Of a DNA stretch of 64,000 nt, positions 13,701-26,800 are shown in pieces. The position numbers and the translations under genes are program-made. Numbering within the stretch: position 1 is the first letter of the stretch; the number at the start of each line of letters is the position of its first letter. The notes under the pieces are model-generated. The model did no database searches. It worked only from the letters and a program-made list of their open reading frames with translations, and had not been told where the DNA came from. Source of the DNA: Chrysomallon squamiferum (taxonomy: Eukaryota > Animalia > Mollusca). The DNA is taken from positions 186,001-250,000 of the forward strand of contig CM022672.1 in assembly GCA_012295275.1 (NCBI GenBank). Direction: 5' to 3'.

Positions 13701-16700
13701 TAGCTTTCATGTAATATACTGATGTATTTGTGTTTGTAAATATAAGATATAATGTTTTTGTTTTTTATAATTACAATATGATAATCTTTAGATAATGTTC
13801 CCTTCTGGTATGATGGTATATGTGAGCAGAAGTGCTATACGAGGATACAACTTTCTTAATGTGTGGCTGACCCCCTCAGCCCTGGATTTCAATAACACAG
13901 AAGGTAAATAATGTTACCACTCATTTTTCTTTCTTCCTCTTAACACTCTAATTTTTAACACCAACACACTGTTTTTGGAGTGCGCAAGAGCTATTTGAAT
14001 TTATTTACAATACACAAAAAGATGTGCATCTATAAGTTATATTTAATAAAAAAATATATATTTTGCTTATCAAGAAACATTCTACAGATAGAGATAATAA
14101 CTATTCCAGTACTGGATTAGTTTTTTGGTTTAAATCTTTTGATCACATTTAAATACTTGCCAGGTCTTTGTGGAACATTTGATGGAAACCAGCAAAATGA
14201 CTTCACCCAGCGTGACGGGTCACTGTATGAATACCCAGCAGGTATCAGCAACACCAACTTTGCTAATCAGCCAAACAACTTTTCCAAGAGCTGGAGGTAA
14301 GTCAGAAATATTCACTGCTGTCTTCTTTTTCTCATACACTTGTTACTGCTGCAGGGTAATTACTACATTTGTTATTGAGTACTTGTACAGACTATCTGTT
14401 TGTGTTATTCTTTATTGCTTTTGTTACAAAGTAAATATGTATATGTTACATTTAACTTGTTCTGTTACAGAGTGACAAAAGACAGCCTGTACACTGGCTA
14501 CTGTTCTGAAGACACTGCTGACAAAGAACATGAGGACATATTTTGTCTGTGTCAGACTGATGGACAGGATCAATGTTTGAAAGGAAATCACAGATCATTG
14601 TGTACCTCTGACATCAAAGGTATGTTAAACAGTGAAACACTGACTCTAAAATTAGGTCAGAAAAAATATGTGATACTAGCCATGTCAGTTTTATGTAAAA
14701 TGTGTTATTCATCTGTTACATGACACTAACCTACAAATCAAATACATGTGTGTTTCAGGAAATGACATCACAGAGTACTTGATTGCTAATTCACTGTTTG
14801 CAACAAAGTGTTTGAAACAAAATCAAGTTACTTTCTCTCATCCTGACTTTGAGTATGATATCCACCGAGTTCCACAGGTATCTTCCAAAACACTGTCATA
14901 TCATTATCTTTCTTAAACATTGCCATATCATTATCTTTCTCAAACATTGTTATATCATTATCTTTCTTAAAAATTATCATATCATTACCTTTCTTAAACA
15001 TTATCATATCATTATCTTTCATGAACATTGTTATATTGTTATCTTTTATAAACATCATATCATTATCTTTCAAAAACATTGTCATAAAATTATCTTTCAT
15101 AAACATTCTTATATCATTATCTTGCTTAAACATTGTTATATTATTATTTTTATTAAACACTGTTATCTGTCTAGTTTTATTAAAGGTTTTTTTTTTTTAG
15201 TATGCTTATTAAAAATGATTATCTCAAAATCTACTCTGTATCTAGATGTGTAAATTACCTATTTTCAGGAATATGGCTGGCCTACAGCAAACAGAAGGTA
15301 TCCAGAAGCATTTGGTAAAGCAATGTGTAACAGTGCCTTTGAAATTGCCTTGGCTACAAAAACATGTAAATCAGTGCCTGATATCCACTGGACAAATGCT
15401 CTCAAGTCCTGTGTTCAGGATATAAAGGTACATGTCAGTAACTACCACAACTACCACAACAACAAACGTAAAAATATACAATCAAAACAAAGTCATTTGT
15501 ATATTTTTGAGAATGTGTGCACTACATGTATATAAGTATATTGGTGATGAATGTAAGAGTTAAAACGGTTTGCAAAGACATGTAAATATGATGACATGCA
15601 GACAGAATAATCGGTAGCATGGTGACAATATAAAACTACTTTTGAACAAATAACACAGTGACTTGCATGTATAAAGACAATGACCTTCAAATATAATGTT
15701 AAATAAGTTAAAAGAGTATAATAACAAGTAAGATATGTTTGTGTTCAGATCACAGAAGATATTAGTTGGACCAAGACAGCTGTAGAAAATGTAAGAACGC
15801 AGTGTTTGATACACCTGAGTAGAAACATGAGTTTGTGGGATGTACAGGATGGTAATCAGTTTGCAAGTCCTCCTCGACAAGTGACAGACAATCTGTGTTT
15901 GGCAGACTGTGGAGGAATTAAAGACGCTTGCAAGAATGGTAAATTTAAATCAATTCTCTTGTTCACATCTAGAAACTGTTTTGTACTTTTCTTTTTGGAA
16001 GTTATGAGCTTAATTATAAACCTGTTACTAAGAACTTGTGATCTATACTTTAAACTTGTTTCTAGGAAGTTATGATCTCTAATTATAAACTTGTTTCTAG
16101 GAAGTTGTGTTCAATAATTATAAACTTGTTTCTAGGAAGTTGTGATTGTGGAACAGAAGCAGCTGGTGCTGACTGTTTCGTCCAGACAACAGATCCTCCA
16201 AATTTGTATTACCTTCGTAACAATGGAATATGTGACATCCGCAAAGACTTTTGTCGCATTGTCTCTGTTTACAACAACAACACTTATAACACAAAAAAAC
16301 TGAGATGTGTATTTACCAAAGCAGAGGTCAGTTTGTTTATTCATTTTTAATTGATTAACCTGCAAACTATTGACACTGTATTATCATGTTATAGTCACAC
16401 ACTGTATTATCATGTTATAGTCATATGCTGTATTATAATGTTACAGTCACACACTGTATTATCATGTTATAGTCACACACTGTATTATCATGACATAGTT
16501 GTACACTGTATTATCATATTATAGTCATTATCATATTATAGTCACACACTGTATTACCATGTTATAATCATACACTGTATTATCCTGTTATTGTCACACT
16601 ATTATCATGGTATAGTCATATGCTGTATTATCATGTTATTGTCATACACTGAATTATCATGTTATAGTCATACACTGTATTATCATGTTATAGTGACACA

Positions 16701-19700
16701 CTATTATTATGTTATAGTCACACACTGAATTATCATGTTATAGTCACACACTGTATTATCATGTTATAGTCATATGCTGTATTATAATGTTATAGTCACA
16801 CTGTATTATCATGTTATAGTCATATGCTGTATTACAATGTTATAGTTACACACTGTATTATCATGTTATAGTCATACACTGTATTATCATGTTATAGTCA
16901 CACTGTATTATGTTATAGTCACACACTGTATTATCATGTTATAGTCAAACACTGTATTCTAAGGTTATAGTCACTGTATTATCATGTTATAGTGACACTG
17001 TACTATCATGTTATAGTCACACTGTATTATGTTATAGTCACATGCTATATTATGTTATAGTCACATGCTATATTATTATGTTATAGTCACATGCTATATT
17101 ATCATGTTATAGTCACAAACTGTATTATGTTATTGTCACACTGTATTATGTTATGGTTACATGCTGTATTATCATGTTATAGTCACATGCTGTATTATCA
17201 TGTTATAGTCACATGCTGTATTATCATGTTACAGTCACACACTGTATTGTCATGTTATTGTCATACGCTGTACTACTACATGTATTATTGTCACAGACAA
17301 ATGAAGCTGGATCAAGACGTGTTGGTGCCAGAATCATTAAAGAAGCTAACTTCATCAGCATCAATGAGTTGACATGTGAGCTACCAAGCATCAGCAGCTA
17401 CTACATCGAGGTGCTGTATGACAAAGACAAGAAAAGTTCAGCAGCACTATATCTGGTGTACAACTCTCTGTGTCTTCAGTGTTTTCCTAACAACCAGTCC
17501 TGTGTTTACAAAGTGAGTTTCTTAGTATCCACATACAGGTTATGTCTGTGTGTATTGTCTTATGAGAGTGTGTACACATACAGGATATATCTGTGTGTGT
17601 GTGTGTGTGTGTTTATGACCGTGTGTATATATATGTCTGCAAGTGTGTATTTGTATGTGTGTTTGAGTGTCTGCATTTATGAGCATGTGTTTGTGCATGT
17701 TGGTGTGTGTTTTTAATATAATATAATTTAGAATACAAGATATATCGATACAGAGTCTTATGTCTGTGTATGTGTCTGTGTCTATATGTGGGTGGTTGTG
17801 TATGTATGTTTACTGCTGTGGTCTTAATGATATGATATACTTTAGGACAATGTGTGTTTATATGTGTTTATATGTGTGTATATGTGTGTATATGTGTGTG
17901 TCAGTTTACTGTTGTGATCTTAATGATATGATATACTTTAGGACAATGTGTGTGTGTGTGTTTATATGTGTGTATATGTGTGTGTCAGTTTACTGTTGTG
18001 ATCTTAATGATATGATATACTTTAGGACAATGTGTGTGTGTGTGTGTTTATATGTGTGTATATGTGTGTGTCAGTTTACTGTTGTGATCTTAATGATATG
18101 ATATACTTTAGAACAATGTATGTTTATATGTGTTTATATGTGTGTATATTTGTGTGTCAGTTTACTGTTGTGATCTTAATGATATGATATACTTTAGGAC
18201 AATGTGTGTGTGTGTGTTTATATGTGTGTATATATGTGTGTCAGTTTACTGTTGTGATCTTAATAATATGATATACTTTAGGACAATGTGTGTGTGTGTG
18301 TGTGTTTATATGTGTGTATATGTGTGTGTCAGTTTACTGTTGTGATCTTAATGATATGACATACTTTAGGACAATGTGTGTGTGTGCGTGTTTATATGTG
18401 TGTATATATGTGTGTCAGTTTACTGTTGTGATCTTAATGATATGATATACTTTAGGACAATGTGTGTGTGTGTGTTTATATGTGTGTATATGTGTGTATA
18501 TGTGTGTACATGTGTGTATCAGTTTACTGTTATGATCTTAATGGTATGATATACTTTAGGACAGTGTGTGTGTGTGTGTTTATATGTGTGTATATGTGTG
18601 TACATGTGTGTGTCAGTTTACTGTTGTGATCTTAATGATATGATATACTTTAGGACAATGTGTGTGTGTTTATATACATGTTTAGGACAACTGTTGTGAT
18701 CTTAATGGTGTGTTTAGGACAATGTGTGTGTGTGTGTTTATATGTGTGTATGTGTGTATATGTGTGTACATGTGTGTGTCAGTTTACTGTTGTGATCTTA
18801 ATGATATGATATACTTTAGAACAATGTGTGTGTATATGTGTGTCAGTTTACTGTTGTGATATTAATGATATGATATACTTTAGGACACTGGATGTCGTAT
18901 TGATGGGGAGTGTTATGAAGCTGGCGAATTCAATGCAAACAATGTGCGACAGTTCTGTGATCCCACGAAAAATATAACTTCCTGGCAGACAGCTCCAGGT
19001 GACACTGCCTTACCTTTAAAATCATCATCTTCTTTGATCTTTTATTTAAGATCAACATTTTTCATTCTAAGTTAACATTTTTTTTAAATTTAATATTAAC
19101 ATATTTTACTTAGAATTAGTATATTTATTTAAATTTTAAAAATTTCATTTAAAGTTTAAATACTTGATTTAAAATTAACATGATTGATTTAAAGTTAGCT
19201 TATTTAATTTATAATTAACATGTTTTATTATATTTAGATTCCTGTCAATCTCTGGAACTCGTGTGGATGACACAGTCAGATGTTTTCCTTGCTGGTTTTA
19301 CACAGGAAGAAATCAACTCAACAGAGTCAAACTATGAACGCTGTCATCAGGCCTGTCTTGAGAAATATAGCAGTCCATATGTCTGTTCATCTATTAGTGT
19401 TAATAAAACATCAAAAACCTGTCAGCTGTCAACTTCAAATAAGCAGAAAAATGTTGCCAGTTTCACTGTCGACTCTGACATGGAATATCATGAATGGATG
19501 TGTAACAATAGTGAGTTAACTTTACACATAAACATTTTATTATTTTCTGTCTTATATTTCCACTTTTACTGTTCTTCTTTTACTGACTATGCTGAATTTT
19601 CCATTAAAATGTTTATTCATGTATAGTAGTGCATTTTGGGGATTATGTAAATTGAAAAATGTTTTTGCTCATACATGCCATGATTTTCTGAATGCTGGGG

Positions 19701-22700
19701 AAGCCCATAGTAGATTAATAATTGCCTACTTCAGCAATGGAAGTCATGTTACTAATGTGCGGTAATTTTAAAAGTATGATGATATCATCATCATTCAGCA
19801 CTCTATTGTATATATACTGCGTTGTGGAGATCTCTGTCATTCAGCACTGAAGGTGTTAATTATAGTTAGATTCACTGTTAACACATCTGTAAATGTGATT
19901 ATTTTTGTTAGATCCATGTGACAAGCATGGGATCACCTGGACTGTCAAACCAGGGTTTGCTATTCTTGGTCACAACCAGAGAGTCATCAGCAATGTTTCC
20001 TTAGCAAGTGAATGTCGCCGCTTGTGTCTGCAAGAAACATCGTTTCTGTGTCGATCACTTGAGTTTGTGTTAGAGGCTGGAAAGTGTTCTCTGTCCAACA
20101 TGACACAGTCATTGGCAGCAGACAGTTTTGTAAAGTGGCCTGGATATCACTATGAGGAATGGACCTGTGATTCAGGTTTGAATTTTTATATATTTTCTCA
20201 GGATTTCTCCAGTATTTTGGGATTAACAAAAACAAATAAAATAAAATTTATGAATAATTCATGATTCATTAGTATTAGAACAAGGAATATACAGACTTAC
20301 AATGTTTCTTCAGTTATGTCATATGATAGCACAGAATGATGAGTATATCACTCTATATTATATACATCAAATTTTAAACACTTCTGTACACCACTGTACA
20401 GTTCATTGTTTAGACATTTATAATAAAATCTTAGAAAGTAAAATATGAAATTCATATTTTAGAATTAGTAATTTTGATGGCTTAATCAGTGATTTTATTG
20501 TGACACATAAATTTATTAAATCTGTTTGTTACAAGGTTCATTAAAAATACTATTTAAAGGTGAAGATGATAATGATAATGATGATGGTGATGATTTTTTC
20601 CTTCAGGTGCAGACCTGCCCATCATTGAAAAGAACCCAGAGGCAGTGGTCACACGCATTCAAGGTTCACTGAACTACACACTTCAGTGTTCATTCCCCAC
20701 ACTGAACATCACAGACATCCTCTACAACATTGACTGGCTTATTGACAACAACATCGTCGATCACATCAGTGGTGTTGTATTCAAAGACAAAGTAGCTGTT
20801 GTCTACATGAATGAAACATTTCTGAAAAACCTGAAATATGGAACAAGGGTAAAGAATTATTAAACAAATTTGTGTTAAGAACATAATACATTACAAAATC
20901 TTTGACTCACTCAGTTCACCTCATCTCTCACTAGTTTACATCTCTAGTTGTGTTTACAGTTGTAGTTCTTGTCTTAATAACAGTAAGGCTGGGTAAATTC
21001 AAATATTTTAATTTTTATACATTGTTGGAGAAAACAAAATTGTAATATTTGTTAATTGTCTCTCTTGGAAAAGCAAAATAACATCTGTAACCTGCAGTTG
21101 ATGTGACAGTCATCTGAAGCTGAAATTATTAGTGATGTGCAGCTTACATTATGTTCACTTTGATTACCACTTTAAATTTATTTATAGTATTTATTGTTTT
21201 TTTAAATATTGAAATGTAGTTTTTCATTATTAATCAATTGTAGATATCATGTGGTGTGTCAGCATGTTTACAAGCAACTTGCAGTGAATCTGTTGGCGCC
21301 TTTAGACGCAGCAATCAAATTGAACTGTCAGTGAAGGTTTGTAAGAAGTATAAACCAATATGTATTTTTGTTGGATAAAGTATCTGTTCTTATTCTTCGA
21401 AATGTTTTGCTTTTGTGTATAATGAGCTGTTATTTTATCAAATATATATGGTTTTTGTATAAAATGTATTGTTATTATACAAACCTTGTGTCAGCAATTA
21501 ACCATATTGATAAAAACTAATGAGTTATGGATTCCAGTTTGTTAACAGTTGTTGTGTTAATAAATATTTATACATTTTAAAATGTCTTCCTTTTTAGGTT
21601 GTTGGAGAAAGACAAATCTCTATTGAGGAAGGAAAGCCAGGGAAAGAGTTTCACATTGTGTCAAACTTTCCACCATCATTCCTGTGTGAGACAGGGTCAA
21701 CGTCCTGCTCTGTGACAGTTCGTTGGAGTGTAAACAGTTCAGATAAAGACTTGCAATGTCAGTCTGGGGGGCACATGAACCAGCTCGTGTTTGATGCATC
21801 ACCCCCTCTAGAACAGGCCTGCTGCTTTGCTACGTTCACAACATCCAACTGGCAGCAACCTCAGAACATCACTGTGAAAGCCAAACTTGACTCTGTCTCT
21901 GACAGCAACCAGACCCAAGAAGTCATATTCCAATACAGAGTGAATTCATCCAGCACTTCAGTGTCAGAACTGACACCACTTCAAACCTTTAATGTGAGTC
22001 AGACAACAGTTTAGATTTTTCACAAAAGTGACACCACTTCAAACAAATTTAAACTGACACTGTACCAAGGTTTTATATAGGTTAGTCAACACTTCAGATT
22101 TTTAATGTAATTAACAACACTTCAAACATTTAATTTAGGTCAAACTTAAGGAAACTGACAGCACTTCAGTTAACACTTCAATTTTTTAACATAATGACAA
22201 GTTGTATGTGTGAGACTGATGTGAAGTGTTTTATATGAACACTGATGTGTAGTGTTTAATTAATCTGTTGCCAGGTGACTGTTATTGACAGGGATCACAC
22301 TGCTGTCTGCAAGTCTGTGGGTTCTTCTCATATCACAACATTTGATGGAAGGTATTGTCAGTGAATATTTAAAATAGCTATGTTTATGACAAGCACAACC
22401 AAACATTTCTGTTAAATGTGGTTTACCACAGCACAGTAACATAAGAATTTGTTTGATGATATTTAAAATATCTGCCAAAATATCTGCAATATATGTGCCT
22501 TTTTTTTCATCTTTTAGAATATATATATATATATGTCAAATATTTTAGTCACATGTAAAATGAAATTATGTGCTCAAATACTATGAACATACACCATTAC
22601 TAAAACTATTTGAAAAAAGTTTAATATTCTAAAAAAAAAAAATTTTTAATTTTATTTTATAAGATATTACGACAATGTCTACCAAGGTGAATTTGTATTT

Positions 22701-23839
22701 TATCGACACAAAACCTTACCATATGAGGTAAGATTTTTGGATTAACTTTTATAACAAATTGAACACTTCAGTTTGATATTTAGTATTTTCCTTTTTATAT
22801 CTTTATTCGGTCAATTTTACTTCTAGTTTTTCTTACACATAAAATAATCTAATCTATCTAATCTTCATAAAACACAACCAAATTTTAATCTTAACAGTAA
22901 GAACATTCATGAACTCTTTGTAAAACACATCAGCTATTTAACAGTAAGAAGATAACATTCATCAACTCTTTATAAAACACATCAGCTATTTAACAGTAAG
23001 AAGATAACATTCATCAACTCTTTGTAAAACACATCAGCTATTTAACAGTAGAGAACAATGATGAAGCATAAAATTGATTTTTGTGATTGAAAAGGAAAAC
23101 AGGTGAGATTGGTTTTTATTTCAGGTGAGAATATTCTATCAAAGCTGTGATGGCCAAGTGCCGTGTGCATGTGCTGTGGCTGTGAAGTCAGGTGATGATG
23201 TCATCATGATTGACAGGTGTAGACTTGTTTTAACATCCAATAAAAAAATTCCTCTGATGGTTACACTGTTCAAGAAAGGGGAACTAACTGCAGGTACTCG
23301 TGTGAGAAGAATTGCTGATGGATTGAAATACATGGTTAGTTTGTCAGCTGGTTTCAGTTTTAGTAGAATTTTACCTCTATTAAATTATCCAAATTGTAAA
23401 ATGTTTACATCAGTATATATGCTAAATAGTACTTATTGTAATATGTTTACGTCCATCCATATATTAAATAATTTGTATTATAAAATGATTACATCAGTGA
23501 TAGTTATATGTTGATGTACAAACTGTTGTACTTTATTTAGATTGATTATTTGGTATTAAATGTAACGACAATTTATGTTGATGTATTTTATTTAGATATA
23601 TTTGCCAACTGGCACTGTTGTCATGGTGAAGGTTGGTCATGGTTCATTGCCTAACATCCTGAATGTGTGGATTAAACCTTCAAGTGCTGATTACAATCAA
23701 ACACAAGGTAAAATATTTTATTAAATAAGCAAAAATATCAGTGTAAATAAAAATAGTTTATTAAATAAGTAAAAATATCAGTGTAAATAAAAATAGTTGA
23801 TTAAATAAGCAAGAATATCAGTGTAAATAAATGCCAGAG

Positions 23840-23875
<36 letters not shown>

Positions 23876-26800
23876 CTGCGTGCTTACTGTTATAGGTATA
23901 TGGAAATTTTAACTTTTCTACAAACAAAGAGCTTTTTAAAGAGTGTATTTTTACTGTTGTAGATTTCAGTGGAAACTTTTAATTTCATTACAGGCAATGA
24001 GTTTCTCAATGTGTATGTGTGTTTATGCAGTTTACAGATGACCTATATATATATGGGTGTGTGTGGGTGTGTATGTATTTTATGTTTGTTTTTACTGTTG
24101 TAGGACTGTGTGGTAACTTTGACCTCAGTACAGACAATGCTGATGATGAATTCATTCAGTCATGGCGGTTAGTTATTTCCTTCTTGTATTTCACTAATTT
24201 TTATATAGTTTTACTTTTTAATGTCTATTTGATAACCCAGACTTTTAATGTCTACTTGATAAATATTATATCAAACAAATAGTGATTCAGTCATCTTTGT
24301 TTTAGAGTTCTGCAAAACAATTCTCTATACAGAGGACAATGTCATGATGATAATGCAGATGATGCTGCTGTTGGCTTATACTGTGAGTGCAGCAAGGGAG
24401 TTGACAGTGTTTGTCAATATGCACTTGATTCTCTTTCTTGTCCAGGAGACGTGAACACATCTACAACATCAGGTATCATCTCATAACATCACCATCAGTA
24501 TCATCTCATAACATCAACAATATCAGTATCATATCAGTATCATCTCTTAATATCAAACATGTCAGTATCATCTCTTAGCATCAGCAACATCAGTATCATC
24601 TCTTAATATCAAACACATCAATATCATCTCATAACATCAACAACATCAGTATCATCTCTTAATATCAAACACATGAGTATCATCTCTTAATATCAACCAC
24701 ATCAGTATCATCTCATAATATCAACCACCTCAGTATCATCTCATAACATCAACCACATCAGTATCATCTCTTAATATCAAACACATCAGTATCATCTCTT
24801 AATATCAACAAAATCAGGTGTCACCTCATAACATTAATCACATGAGTATCATCTTGTAATACAGCTGTCAGTATCATCTCATGTTTATATAAACATATCA
24901 GTATCATCTCATGTTTATATAAATATCAACAAAATCAGGTATCACCTCATAACATTAATCACATGAGTATCATCTTGTAATACAGCTGTCAGTATCATCT
25001 CATGTTTATATAAACATATCAGTATCATCTTGTAATACAACTATCAGTATCATGTCATGTTTATATACACATATCAGTATCATCTTGTAATACAACTATC
25101 AGTATCATGTCATGTTTATATAAACATATCAGTATCATCTTGTAATCAGCTATCAGTATCATGTCATGTTTATATAAACATATCAGTATCATCTTGTAAT
25201 ACAACTATCAGTATCATGTCATGTTTATATACACATATCAGTATCATCTTGTAATACAGCTATCAGTATCATGTCATGTTTATATAAACATATCAGTAAT
25301 AGTTGTGATTTACTGTTTCAGTAAATATTTTTCTTTCAGATTCAGACATCACATCTGATTTGCTGAAATACTCACAGAAAGTAGATAAGTGCAATGAAGA
25401 TATGTCTGTGTTCAAATATGACTTTGATTATGAACAACAGGTTTGTTTACATGTAAACATGTTTAGTCTGTATTTGTTTACATATAAAACTTTTAGTCAG
25501 TATTTATATATAAACATTGTTTGTCTGAATTTTGATATATAAACATGTTTAGTCTGTATTTGTTTATACTTAAAACATGTTAAGTCTGAATTTGTTTACA
25601 TATAAAACATGTTTAGTCTGTGTTTGTTTACATGAAATATGCTTAAATATAAATCATGTTTACTTATAAAATAAAATAAAGAAACCTATTTGTTTAAGTT
25701 GAAAAATTTCCTTTCAGGTTTACAGCTGGCCAACATTTTCTAACCTGACAGAGGAGGATGCCAGGTCTCATTGTTTGTCCAAACTGAACTCTTCATCCAC
25801 ACAGAAATGCATCAACATCATTGGCAGTAGCAGTGATAACATGATCACATCCTGTGTCAGAGATCTACAGGTACTTTCTAACTGAACACTAATCTATTCC
25901 ACATATTCACATTAAACAGAGCAGGCTGCAATGGTGTTAATGAAAATGTTTATATTTTCATACTTACTCCTTTTAGTTGCAGATTACAGGATGACAAAAC
26001 TCACTTGTAGATAGTGCAAAATTTATAAATAAGTTTTAATATTTCCTGATTTTGGATGATAAAAAATGGTCTTTCAGATTACTGATAATGTAATGATTAC
26101 AGATAAGTTTTCATCTTTTCTAGATAATGGGTGACAAGAAATGGTCTGACATTTCTTTGATTGATTTATTTGAAACATGTCTGATTTATGTGAAGTCAGA
26201 AGTAAACCAGTGGACTGAGATCAGTGGCAAACTGCAACCTGACATGTCTGTCCTAGACTCAATCAGTGCAGACCATTGTCCTCTGCTGCTGCCAGGTAAG
26301 ACAACGTAAACAGTCAGTTATTACCAGTTATCTACACATATAAGTAGATGTGTGTTTTTGTTACAATCAGTCAACATTTTTCATTCTTTTTAATTCTTTT
26401 TTTAATTTAAACCAGAGGAAAAAGACTGTACTGTTATTTTGTAAAGCAAATATTGCTGTTGTTCTTGTCTTAGTATTATTATTGTTGTTATTTTTGTTGT
26501 TGTTCTGTTATATTATTTTTATAGTTACTATTGTTTTTGTTTTGTGTTATTATTATTGTTGTTGCTGTTGTTGTCATTATTGTTCTGTTGTTATTATTGT
26601 TGTCACTGCTATAACACAGGTAACTGTAAGTGTGCTGAAGGATATGGAGGGGCTGACTGTTCAGTCAAACTGAATGAGGCACCTGAGATATTTTTTCTGT
26701 ACCCACCTCTCTGTAACCTTGACCATTCTTCCTGTGATGAGATTATTGTGTTTGGAGGATCTTTTATCAATTCTGAAAAACTTCAGTGTAAACTACAATC

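Noticed and set aside
14828-15253. ORFs with MFKKDND / HCYIIIF repeats
   Set aside because: Translations of a 27-bp minisatellite.
17800-18887. CRISPR-like repeat/spacer appearance (also 1817-2592)
   Set aside because: The spacers are low-complexity or near-identical rather than unique, the context is a eukaryotic intron, and there are no cas genes. The 17.8-kb repeat unit is a splice acceptor.
26350-26673. Hydrophobic and poly-Cys ORF resembling a membrane protein
   Set aside because: Low-complexity (TTG/TTA)n intron sequence upstream of the real acceptor at 26619.
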